Origin: Adineta vaga
Taxonomy: Eukaryota; Animalia; Rotifera
DNA length: 64,000 nt
Reading direction: 5' to 3'
NCBI GenBank assembly: GCA_021613535.1
Contig: CP075493.1
Span: forward strand, 1,736,001-1,800,000
Positions within the stretch are counted from its first letter, which is position 1, and each line of letters begins with the position of its first letter. Below the pieces are notes generated by a model. It saw only the letters and a list, made by a program, of their open reading frames with translations, did no database searches and was not told the origin of the DNA. Shown piece by piece: positions 1 to 13,409 of the stretch. Made by a program: the position numbers and the translations under genes.

Positions 1-1502
<1,502 letters not shown>

Positions 1503-2124
1503 TGTTTTGTCTATAAGATTTCTACTTGATTCTAATGATGGTTGAAAAAGAAAAAGAAACTAAGAAAAGCAACTATCTATACCGTTTGCTCGCTTATTTT
1601 ATTCTATACAGATAGAACACAACGACACTAGTCGTCTTCCAATAAATACCAATGAAAGATTAACGCAACGTTGCAATCATATAGGAAACAGTGATGGCTA
1701 CTGACAACGTCACAATGCATGAATGTGTATGATAGATAATAGATGTCGCTCATTGTCAACTCCATATATTCTAACGTTCGTTATTGCAATACAATTTCTC
1801 AATCATTTTCAAATAATTATTTATTTTATTTCATAAAAAAAATTTGACTTTTACACAAAAAACTTTCGATTTCTTATTCATATTACGAACTACGATTATC
1901 TCGACTAAATCTTATACCCACACTATAAAAATAGAAAATATTGATTATTTATCCTTGGAATGAAAAAAAAAGAAGCAATGACGAATAAATATTCTAACAT
2001 ATGGTTGAATCTCAAGACTCTATCATGAAATATACAAATCTAAGACCGGGTTAACTAAATCAAACTACGAAATTAAAAAAATGATAAAAATAATATAATA
2101 TATATTTTTCTTCTTTTGCACTTA

Positions 2125-4756
2125 TTAATGTGTTGACGTTAAATGATCAATAACACCAGGAGGAAGTACATCACGTGCAGCTTTTAAAACAGATTCTCTT
2201 GTTATAAGACTTGGTTGAGATTGCCAATAATTTGTTTTTGATAGTGATGGAGAATGTTGTAATGTTTGTATACCGATGGGATAGGTATTATTAGTAATTT
2301 TTGTTGGCATTGTATTTGACCATCGTCCTGAATCGATTAGAGATGAATTTGATGTTCTTTCAAATGAAATATTTTGTATCATTGGATTCATATCTTGTTT
2401 TTTTAAGTCAATTAAATCAATCGTGGAAGATTTTGGACGTGGTTTAGTATAATTTGTACTCATCAATTTCGTTGGTGTTGGAAGAAATGACATCTGTTTA
2501 AGAGCTTTTAATGTTTCTTTCATTTCAATCATATCACTATCAGTATCACTTAATCCTTCATCATCATCATCATCGTTTTGAGACATTGTTTGTACATTAT
2601 TAGATGTTCGATCAATGTGTGAATTATCATCATTATCTAAATGAATTGAGAAAGATTTTTGTGGATGTGAAATGTCCATTGTTTTTAATTCAAGTTCCGT
2701 ATCTTGAAGTTTACGTTCTAGAGAAGATTTTTCTCCACGTAATTGATCGATTGTTCGTTGAATAGTTAAACAAAATTCATTTTTCTAAACGAAAACAAAA
2801 CTGACAATTCAATCTTTGATATTTTCCAATAATTTACTTCTTTTAAACGTTTTTCGAAAGTATCTTTATCAATTTTCATCTTTTCATATCGTCGTGTTAA
2901 ATCTTCAATTTCATTCTTATATCGATTTTCTGCATTACGTAATTTCTAAAAAAAATTCACGAAGATTATAATTAATATTGAATTTTAAGATCAACTAAAC
3001 CTCTTCATATTCATGTTTGATTTGTAATAAACGAATTTGAATGTTAACATTATCTTGTTGTTGAAGATTGAGATCTGCTAACATATCCGCTCTTAATTTC
3101 GTTTGTAATTCTTGTTTTTCTTTTTCAATAGTTTGTTTAACCAATTTTAGTTCATTTTGTTGTCGATTCATTAGTAATTTCTTTTCTTTTTCCAAATTTT
3201 CTCGAAGATTTTCTTCGGTTAATCTATAAAAAAAAGAAGTTTTTTCAAACATATTTATAAAGATTTACTTACTTTAATTCGGATTTGATCTGTTCACGAA
3301 ATGTTCGTTCGTCTTGTTCTTTTTTTATTTGTAAATCAGATTTAAATTTTTCCATAGACACTCGATTGTCTTCGAGTAATTGCAATTTTTCTTCATTTGC
3401 AGATCTGCAAAAAAGTCAAATAAGATATTTTTCATAAGAAGATTTCCCCCTACTGTTCAAGTCGTTGTCGTAATTTTGTAACTTCAAAATCTTCACGTGG
3501 TGTAATTAAAATATTTTCCTACAAAAAAGAATCGATTGAATATTTTACACAAAATCAACTTCTACATTACTTCTGTAATCAGTTTATTTACACTCAAACG
3601 ACGTTCAGCTGCTTGAGCAGCTAAATTCGCAATTCTTACACGATTGATATTATTCTCTAAAATACAAACATCGAATGTTTTTGCTAAGACTAAAAATCAT
3701 TTTCATACCTGAAGTATTGACAGTAGACGTTGTAGGTAATCCAAATGGTTCGTTTTGTTCATGATCAATTCGTGCTGATAGTTGACGGTCAATACCTTTT
3801 TTTATAAAGAACTTATTTCTTTTAACATCAATTCAAACACAAAAAAAAACATTTTTCAGTTCTTTCTATTGCTTTTGAACTGTCTTTTACCAGAAGTGTT
3901 ATATAAACGATTTCGTTTTTCTCTAATGACCTTCATTGTCTAGGTAACAAACTCGTTCATAAACGATCGTAAATGAAAACCGTTTCTCTTCGATACTTAC
4001 CAAAATCTACGTCTTTTTGAAAATCATTACTATTATGTTCAATATCACTTCCACTATTATTTAATTCAATATCCGATTCACTATGATGAATATCTGGAGA
4101 ATCTGTATACAAAAGAGAAATCGATGGAAAACTTTTCTAATCAAATTTTCGTACCATCATGATGATCACTTGCTTCATTTTTGCCATTCGATAGATTTTT
4201 TTCGCTTGATAGTTCACTAATACTTAATGTATTCTTCCCTGTTTGAAACAATATATTTCATATAGATTAAAGAATCATAAAATTATACCTTTGGAATGAG
4301 AATCAATCATAATTGTTGCTAAAGATTTCTTTTCTCTGAAAATATTTGTAAATTGATCATAGGAAATCAATTAAATTGTTCGATTACCTCGCTTGAATCA
4401 CACGTGCTTTATAAATATCATCATATGGATGATCCCATGACGATTTACCCGTATCAAAATTAAAATAATATAATTCACCATTTTCTTCTTGACATGCTTT
4501 CCATCCCGATGGTAATGGTTTCATTAAACCTTCTTTTGCTAACCAAAGAAGTTCCGATTCCTAATGAATAAAATGAAATTTCATTCAATTGAACGTTTTT
4601 GCTTTCCTTCACATTATCGATTACTTTTTCAGGATCAATACCAATATATGTGGCATATTCGTGAAGTTCTTCATCAGTTGGCTCATAATTTTCATCAATA
4701 TGTTCTTCTAAAATTGTTTGATTATTGAGTTTATATTGAGTATATGTTTTCAACAT
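2125..4756 (-). CDS. CEP164: CEP164-like centrosomal protein (N-terminal WW domain plus coiled coil), many exons
   Basis: Spliced N-terminus LEEHIDENYEPTDEELHEYATYIGIDPEKE..LLWLAKEGLMKPLPSGWKACQEENGELYYFNFDTGKSSWDHPYD matches the CEP164 N-terminal/WW region. E/K/Q-rich coiled-coil exons follow. Confidence 0.85.
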
Positions 4757-4973
4757 TCTTTTTTTTCAACAAAATTCATGGAAAGAATCAATTAATCAGT
4801 CTTCTCATCTTCCTTTTTCTTTTCTATCGTTGTCAAAGGAAACGAAGAAGACAACAACAAAAAAAAGTAAAGACGTCAAATAGATGTCACTAGTGATCTG
4901 TTGTTAATAGTTTTTATTAAAAGATTGATTTAATAGGAATACAATGTCTTTTATTATTTAGAAAAAAAGAAAG

Positions 4974-5493
4974 TTAACCATGAACAAAACGTTTACCATG
5001 GACAAAACGTTTACCATGAACGAAGCGTTTACCATGAACAAAACGTTTTTCAAGATCATCACTATTATCTTGAGTTTCACTATCTTCATCAATTGATCGT
5101 CCATGAACGAAACCTTTTAAAGCAGCTCTAAAAAAATCAGAACGTTTCTGATAGTACAATTTGAAATTCTTCTCTTATTTACCGTTTTGCAAATGGTGAT
5201 TGATTTGGACAAAGTTCTTGGCAGTATTTCAAGAATTCTTCAGTAGAATCTTCATATGCCGATCGAGCTACTCGATTATTTGATCTAAAAGAATTGTTTT
5301 CAAATTAAATCATCGGAAACAAGTTGACATACTCTGAGGTAGCATCGGATGACTGCAAATGAAAAATATACAATTAGATAACATGAGATACAAGTTTCCG
5401 ATTACATACGCTAGACGTAGAGAGAACAGCAGTGATAAATAAGGAAACAAGGCACATGGCCATTGTAAGTCGGACGATAAATGTGGATTGCAT
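4974..5493 (-). CDS. Neuropeptide precursor (AALKGFVH-amide plus 4x FVH-amide), 4 exons
   Basis: Exons ~5493-5410, 5353-5334, 5284-5183, 5127-4974 splice in frame to MQSTFIVRLTMAMCLVSLFITAVLSTSS-SSDATSESNNRVAR-SAYEDSTEEFLKYCQELCPNQSPFA-KR-AALKGFVHG-R-SIDEDSETQDNSDDLE-(KR-FVHG)x4-stop. This has a signal peptide, dibasic sites and amidation glycines. Confidence 0.9.
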
Positions 5494-6089
5494 GATGATA
5501 TTGAAAATGATCGAATGAATGTCTTTTGAACTCAAACGTTGTATTTATAAAAAAATATCTCAGTATGAGATCGCCGAAAAAAGAATCGATCAACATGTGT
5601 GGGAAGAGAAATGTTAAGAACAAATTGATTCTCTCTCTCTCCTTCTCATTATCAAGTCAAAGAAACCCATATGAATTGTCGGAAGGCCTTTTTCTATTAA
5701 TTTAATTATATTTATAGATTGTCTGTTTTCGTACATTTATACCTCAATTATAACATTAATCATGATTAAACGAACTATATTCGAAATGGAAAAAGTTAAT
5801 TCATATTTCGATCTCATAGATTATCATTCGATTATGAATAAATAGAATTTCTTATCGAGCAGAGAACGATCGTTTATAGAACAGGGAAATGTACATTTCA
5901 ATTAATCATCTGTTCATGTCAACTTGACTTCGATTGTAAAGAGAAAATGTTTTCATACTGTTTCATTACACATCATCATTATTTATTATAAAATGCCGAA
6001 AAAAGACAACGCTTGATTATTAGAAATATATAAACTGACATAAAAAATACTTTTCAAATAATTGCTTGATTATTGCGAATAGATTGTTT

Positions 6090-6887
6090 TTAATTTAAAA
6101 GAAGTTTTTTATTTTCACCAGCTAATGCTGTATGATCACCTAGAATTGTTGCTTTAGCTAATCCGTATAATTTTTGCATGACTGTTGTCGATGAATCCCA
6201 AAATTCTGCTTCGATAATCGTGATACTAAAACAGTTCAAAGAGAAGATTTTAAAATGCAAACATTCTTTTTTTTTGTCTTACCGAAGTAATGTGACATCG
6301 GGATCGTCAAGACCTTTGGGAAACCTAGGATAAGACGAGAAAAACCGTTTTGAAAAATGGTCTATTTTTTCTATTGAAAATTTTACCAAGCTTTAAGAGA
6401 TTCAGTCCATAGATCACGTTTTTTTGTATTATCATCGACTAAATCTGCTCGACCACTGATGGAAACATCTGTAATATTAGAAAAAAAGCACATTAATTCT
6501 ATACAAAAGAGAAAAAACTCATACATGATTGATTTTCTGGATCAGCATAGGAAACATTCACTTCTTCCGAACCTTTTTTCATTTCTATTACTTTATGCGC
6601 TAAAAAATTTCAAAGAATCAGTCAAAAAATTTTCTTCATCAAACTATTTTACCACTTCGTTGAGTAAAAAACCAAAGTTCACCATGGAATGAATCAGCTT
6701 GTTTGTTAACCATAGGTCTTGAATAAGAAAATAATAACCAAAACATCAGCAAATATTCTCCAAATTCTTACCGACTATGTAGTGTTCCATCTTCAGTCAC
6801 AGTTGTTAACATTGCATATTTAACATTATGAATAATCTTGAATAATTTTTCAAGATCTTTTCCTTTTTCATTACTTGTCGCAGTCAT
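6090..6887 (-). CDS. General stress protein 26 / pyridoxamine 5'-phosphate oxidase-like FMN-binding protein (bacterial type), 6 exons
   Basis: Not in the ORF track. Five GT-AG introns splice to MTATSNEKGKDLEKLFKIIHNVKYAMLTTVTEDGTLHSRPMVNKQADSFHGELWFFTQRSAHKVIEMKKGSEEVNVSYADPENQSYVSISGRADLVDDNTKKRDLWTESLKAWFPKGLDDPDVTLLRITIIEAEFWDSSTTVMQKLYGLAKATILGDHTALAGENKKLLLN. Family motifs: LHSRPM, LWFFT, YVSISG, AWFPKGxDDP, AExWD. Confidence 0.9.
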
Positions 6888-6974
6888 TTTTAATTAATCT
6901 ACAAAATAGTTTCATTCAAAAAAACAATTGCGTGAATAAATATTATCTAAGACAAAATCAATCTCTGATTTTGT

Positions 6975-7373
6975 TTAATTCTGAATTGCATTGACTTTTT
7001 TCAATCGTTTTTCTAAATCACCATTCTTATCCAAACGTTCCGTTTCATCACCACCACCAATACATTCTCCAGCAATGAAAACACGTGGTACTGTTTTCGC
7101 ATCAGTTAGTCTTCCCAAGACTTTTTGATATTCATTTCCATCTTTGATTTCATCGAGTTCAATCACTTTATAATCTTTTAATTTATATTTACCAAGTACT
7201 CGTTTAGCTTTGACACAATACGGGCCTTAAATAAACACAAAAGTTAGAGATGTTAGCCATCGACAAAGAAATTACGAACAATATGTTTTCGAAAACACAA
7301 TCACTTGATGATCGATGATTAATTGTTTAACTTTGTCAGCTACGGCATTGCCACCAGAACCATTAGCTGACAT
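6975..7373 (-). CDS. GLRX: Dithiol glutaredoxin (CPYC), 2 exons
   Basis: VIVFSKTY-CPYC (intron splits the first Cys codon), TVPRVFI and IGGGD motifs. Confidence 0.93.
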
Positions 7374-7508
7374 TACACGGCGAAATATTTGTCGAAATAT
7401 GGTAAATAATTGTTTGATGGAAAGGAAAATCTGAAACAAAATTTCACTTAGTTAGAGTAACAGAAAAAATTATTGATTTTCTTTTTCTTTTATTAACAAA
7501 ACAAAGGA

Positions 7509-8008
7509 TTAAGTTAACATGGTTTCAATTTTGTTCTTTCCTTGAGTTTTCTTTCGTTTTGTAACTTTTCCGGCAGTTTTCTTGGTTTTTTTCTGTTTTT
7601 CATGACGTTTTTGTGTAGCTTGTTTGGCTTGAAGACGTTTTCGTTGACGACCACTTAACCACGATGGATAGTGACCATCTTTATTCTTTAATGTTCGAGT
7701 ATTAAAGTCCGATGGAACACCACTCACTTGCATTTCTATTCAAATACAATATAACGAAAATCATTTTAAAAGAAAAAACAACCTAATTACCTTCATCATT
7801 AGATGCAGATTCTTTGACTGGTACAGTTGATGCTATGTAAAGAACAAACAAACGAATAGATTGAAAAGATAAACAAATATTATAACATACGAATAAGATT
7901 ATCTTTTTTCAACGATGCCAAACGTTTAGCTTCATCTTTTTTCGATAATTTCTCTCGAAGAAGTTTGCGCATTGCGCGCATATGTTTACTTCGTTTACTT
8001 TTAGCCAT
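7509..8008 (-). CDS. LLPH: LLP homolog (LAPS18 family), 3 exons
   Basis: N-terminus MAKSKRSKHMRAMRK and C-terminal RTLKNKDGHYPSWLSGRQRKRL, both family signatures. Confidence 0.88.
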
Positions 8009-8418
8009 TGAATTTTACTACTACTAGTTTTGTAATATATTTCAAACTATCTGTTTTCTTTTACATTACACATTTATTTAATTGATCGATTTTGATTGGT
8101 TGATTCTTTCGATAGAGGTCGCTCGATTAATTATATGATAAAAGAACTTGTTTTTTCTCTCGGAATTATTTCAATGAATCTCTTGAAAATTTTCGAATGG
8201 AATTTTTTTGTAAAGAATTATTTTTTATTTGTTTTATCTGTCCTCCTTCTATCGATTTCTCAATGGTTAGTTAACTTTACTAAAAATGGATTCTCAGAGA
8301 ATGATTATTTTCGTGTATTTACATGAAATGAAAGATACGATTTGAAAAAGAAAAAAGAAAAGAACTTCATTTTTTGTTTTATAGATCATCTTTTATTGAA
8401 CCATCCTCGTAGAAAAAG
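8009..8418. promoter_or_regulatory. Probable bidirectional promoter region between divergent LLPH and RPS8
   Basis: 410 bp between head-to-head start codons. No specific motif identified. Confidence 0.45.
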
Positions 8419-9110
8419 ATGGGTATTAGTCGGGATCATTGGCATAAACGACGAAAAACTGGTGGCAAACGACCACAACCACATAAGAAACGAAAATTTG
8501 AATTAGGTCGACCAGCTGCTCAAACGAAATTAGGTGCCAAACGTATTCATACTGTACGAACACGAGGTGGAAATAAAAAATATCGTGCTTTACGTTTGGA
8601 TATTGGCAATTTCTCCTGGGGTTCTGAGGGTGTTGCAAAGAAAACTCGTGTTATCGATGTTATGTATCATCCATCAAATAATGTTCGTATTCTACAAAAA
8701 ATTGTAAATATATATATGAAAACGAAATATTTCACTTGTTTTTTCAGGAATTAGTACGTACAAAAACTTTAACAAAATCGACTATTGTTCAAATTGATGC
8801 CGTTCCATTTCGACAATGGTATGAATCACATTATGGTTTACCACTTGGTCGTAAGAAAGGTGTGAAATTAGCTGAAGCTGAAGAAGCTGTTCTCAATCGT
8901 AAACGTTCAGCTAAATCACAAAAGAAAATTGCCATTAAACAACGTCGTGCTAAAGTTGAACAAGGACTTGAAGAACAATTTCAAGCTGGTCGTGTTCTTG
9001 CTTGTGTTGCTTCTCGACCTGGTCAATGTGGTCGTTGTGATGGTTATGTACTTGAAGGCAAAGAACTTGATTTTTATATGAAAAAAATCAAAGCAAAAAA
9101 ATCGAAATAG
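8419..9110 (+). CDS. RPS8: 40S ribosomal protein S8 (eS8), 2 coding exons
   Basis: [18 protein letters not shown]...HPSNN|[10 protein letters not shown]...[19 protein letters not shown]; intron ~8683-8747. Confidence 0.99.
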
Positions 9111-9942
9111 AGATCATCATCTTCAACATCCGTTATTGTTAAAAAAAAACAAATTTAACAAGGTTTTGAAAAATAAAAAATAAGAATTAACGTAAACATA
9201 TATTATAGCAATTGCTTTATTCTTATCTTTCATTCTCGACTATTCCCATCAGATTGACATTCAAATCAATATTTATAATGAAATTCTTTTCAACTTAATT
9301 TCCATTGAGAAGAAAAAAAGCAACACATCACGTTCATAAAATCACAGGCAATTTTCTTATGTTAAGAATATTAATTTATATAACTAGTTGCTTATAAATA
9401 CTCTATCATGTGTATTATCATAGCACGCGTTGACGTTGAAGAAAATTATAATGTATTCTTTGTCAGAAGACAACATTAAATCTATTGAATATGATTTTAT
9501 AATTGAGGTAATGTCATAATAATAAATAAATTACTGATTATATTAATAAGAAAGTCACTACTAAAGCAAATCAGTGGGTTCTTGCAGTTTTTAGACAATG
9601 GAAGAAAACATGTTTCTTTTATAATGAAAAAAAAAAGCATCTGAAAGATGACATTTTTCAAATACACGGATATCTCATTATATGATTTAACTAAAAACAT
9701 ACTTCATAGGAAATTCTTCGCTTGTATACATTTTCATAATTAGAGAATTATGACATCTTCTCTCGGATAGGTAACCATTTCCTACAAAGAGATTCTAGAA
9801 TAAAAATAAGACAAAAACTACATGAATGTCTCTCGGATATAGATGACATAGCTTCTCCGTGCATTAAAGACAAATAATAATCTCATATATATATATACAT
9901 TTTATTCAACAAAGAAAGAAACTTGAATGATAACAATTCTAT

Positions 9943-11049
9943 TCATATTGATTCGAATGGTTCTTGTTGACGAGAACACTGACAATGACAAATATATTTT
10001 TGTATACGAGTACTTTTTTGATTTGTTAAAGTTTTTCTTTGAATTTTCATACCAATCATTCGATGAATAAATGAATACATACGTTTATCAAAGAAAATAT
10101 ATGGAAAAAATCGAATTGTTAAACAAAATAAATGTGCAACTTGTTGAATCATTTGTAAGAAAAAAACTTGTTGATCAGTTAGAAATGTTTGATAACGATA
10201 TGTTAATTCCATTGTTATCAATTTACTGATTATAATTGGTAAATATAAGAGAATTGATATAATACTTATTGAAAGAATAATTAAAGAAACATCATGATGT
10301 CGTTGTTTATTAGTTAGTCGTTCTTCATGATGTGTTAATAGAGTTTCTTGTTGATTAGGTTTTGTAATTAGAAATGAAACGATTTGTTTAGAATTTTGTC
10401 GAGATGTTTTCGAAGCAATGAAATAAATAATAAGAAGTATAATCCAACCAATATAAACAAGTATATCTGTAACTTCAGCAAAAATATGATTCATTTTTTG
10501 AACTTTCGAAACAAGTTCAGATGTATTGATATCAATAATACAATTCTGGATATGAGGTGTTCGAATATCAGGTATTAAATCAATCGATGTTGAACCGAGA
10601 ACACTTCGTATAATAATAAATGCAAAAATAAAGACAACAGATAAACGTCCACCTAGTTGTCCTAAAACTGTCTCATAATGACGATTAAAATTTGTGATTA
10701 AATGTAATAAACAAACGAATAATAATAATGTTGAACCAGTAAATGTAAATGGGGTTAGAAAAAATGATAATGGACAAAGAATTTGATGATTAATTATATT
10801 TAAATAGGAATCAATTGTTAACGAAATACTTGTATATACAAGACAATAAAGAAAATCACAGAGTGTCATAAGAATTAATAGAAAATAAGTTGTACATTGA
10901 TGACGATGAAGAAGTAGAAGACTTATTAATAAAATTAAATTTGTTAATATACCAATACATGAAATAATAAGATTAATTAAACGAATAAATTTATTTAAGA
11001 AATCAACATTGTCAATGAATACATCTGATGTTGTTATATTTATGTCCAT
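9943..11049 (-). CDS. Divergent orphan class A (rhodopsin-like) GPCR, intronless
   Basis: Seven hydrophobic segments with TM1 GILTN, TM2 LTLCD, Cys at the start of TM3, TM6 LYLP and TM7 FFPY..FDKR. No canonical DRY or NPxxY. Confidence 0.7.
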   Translation of the reverse strand: MDINITTSDVFIDNVDFLNKFIRLINLIISCIGILTNLILLISLLLLHRHQCTTYFLLILMTLCDFLYCLVYTSISLTIDSYLNIINHQILCPLSFFLTPFTFTGSTLLLFVCLLHLITNFNRHYETVLGQLGGRLSVVFIFAFIIIRSVLGSTSIDLIPDIRTPHIQNCIIDINTSELVSKVQKMNHIFAEVTDILVYIGWIILLIIYFIASKTSRQNSKQIVSFLITKPNQQETLLTHHEERLTNKQRHHDVSLIILSISIISILLYLPIIISKLITMELTYRYQTFLTDQQVFFLQMIQQVAHLFCLTIRFFPYIFFDKRMYSFIHRMIGMKIQRKTLTNQKSTRIQKYICHCQCSRQQEPFESI

Positions 11050-13409
11050 TTTGTTCCTAATGTATGTACCTTGGTCTATGCTTTACAAATAATTAATTTT
11101 CTTATTCTGAAGTCGTTTTTTTTTGTGTCTGAAAGAAGAAAAAATAACGATAAATATTCTTCTTCCTTTTCCGCTTCAATACAAAACAATTAGAAGCTAC
11201 TATTATATTCGAACGAGAAAATACTATTCGAATATGAAAAAAAAGTGGAAAAACTATGACGTCGCAATAGATTTAATAACCATTCTATTTATAATTGATA
11301 GAAATGTTCTATATCTTTTTAAATCGAATTAAGAATAGTTTTGAATCTATAATTGTCAACATCATTTCTTACTCTATTTCTCACCTTTTAATCTTATTAA
11401 CGATGGAAGATAGGATGTAAATTCTTATCTATTATTTTCTTGTTCATCGTTGTCGAAAAACTATTTTTTCTATTAGTTTCTTTTCTCTTTTTCTCAAGGA
11501 AGCATGTGCATTCATCTTACATATAGAGAGAGATCTTCTCATTTTTCTTCTCTCTTTTTAACAATAGATGTTATTCTCAATTCTTATTCGAGGAAAAAGA
11601 ATTTAGAAAAAAAAAGGAAACCCATGCGTCGTTTAACGAACTTTAAATTAAATCTTGGGTGGACATTTAATATACACATAAAAATGTTAGATATTAATTT
11701 ATTGTAGTTAATGAAGAATAAGATCTGGATTTTAATGTTCTACGTACCCTATATAATGAAGTTATTTACGTAGAAAAATTTGATGAGCAACTATTTTAAC
11801 GAATACTTATCGGCTTCTTCCTAATCAATAGAATGATCAGTTTTTTCATGATAAGAAACATTCGATGTTTCGGAATAAGTTGACAGTCGATATTTTAAGT
11901 TATACCTGTCAAAAACAAATTTGTCTGATTCAATAATAATAAGCAGATCACCAAATCATAACAACACGCACTAAGTTTCCTGGTATGTGAATAAACTAAA
12001 GCCTATCTAATTATACGACAGGCGAACAAAGCTTGCTCTCTCTCTTCCTTGCTGTGTTTTCTTCTTTTTTTTTCTTCTATTGAAAGACATCTATTATATG
12101 TAAGAAATAGAACGATATTTCTAACATCATTGAAAAAAAATGTTATTGCCGTCATCATCGAACTATTATTTTCTTCTTCTTTTGTATATTAGTACTATTC
12201 ATCTTTAGTACAATGTATCCAATAAATTCGAAGAGATTCATTCTCATATATTTAATTCATTGATTAGATTTGAGCATTGGAAAATATAGTTAGAATTTTT
12301 TCAAGTAGATACGCAAAAAGAAAATCATTAACATATATATATATATATGAATATGATTAAATGAGTATGTGTATGTGAAATGAATAAAAATCGAGTTATT
12401 TTTTGTTATAAATCAGTTTGAATATTTGATTTAACCAATGAATATTTTTTCCTGTATGATGAAGATCGATTGATTAAATATCGAGTACTAAAAGTAGAGG
12501 ATTGTAATAATTGAAAATGACAAGCAAATGATTTTTTGAAGTAGTATTAATATATGAAAACGACATTGTTCATTTGAAGAAAAAGAATAGAAAATTTTAA
12601 TTATATTTTGTGACACGAACACATTTCTATTTGTCAAAAAAGAAATAGTAATTAAATTTAAGATTTTCAATTTATATTATTAATGTGTTATGAATAGAGA
12701 TAGACACAATTCTTTTCTAATGTATAGAATGAAAGGAAAAACATTTTCTTTCATTAAATTGTTATTCCAATGGCGAGACTTTCAAGTGAAAAATATTCAG
12801 AAAATTCTTCTTTTATTTTTCTCAAGACTAAAAGATCTTCTGAACTTCAAAGTAAAGCAATTTGTTTAGTAAATATTGGTATTGTACTTTAAAGGAATGA
12901 TAAACATGTTTGATGTTGTTATGGTTTGTTCGGAGAAGAAGAAAAAAAATGCTTTTCCTCAAGCAATCGGATAATTCAATAGTACTCCAGGCTAAATAAA
13001 TATCTAATGATTTTCGACAATAAAATGTCATTTCATTACTCTCAATGCTATTTATCATGAAAATCCGGTTTCCATTAGAAAATATTGACTCGTTAATAAA
13101 TGCAAAATTGCTCTTAAAACCTGTGTGAAATCATCCTGTTTTCTTTTCTTTTCTATTCATAATATATAATTAAAAATGGCCCGTATCAACAAGAAGATCT
13201 CTGAAAATAAATCCCAATAGGATTTCGTGCAAGTGCAGAGAAAATCTTATTATAAACTGTACCTAACACATTTACGTCCGTAATAAATTCTTTCACTATA
13301 ACGAACTAAATATATATATAACAGGAATTAGTTTCGAAAACTTGCAAATATTTTCTTCTAGAAAAATAAATAGAATATTATATACAGAATTTGAACATGG
13401 AGTTATCAT

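Noticed and set aside
4977-5050. 18-bp tandem repeat as CRISPR-like or satellite DNA
   Set aside because: No spacers. It is coding (KRFVHG) with synonymous variation.
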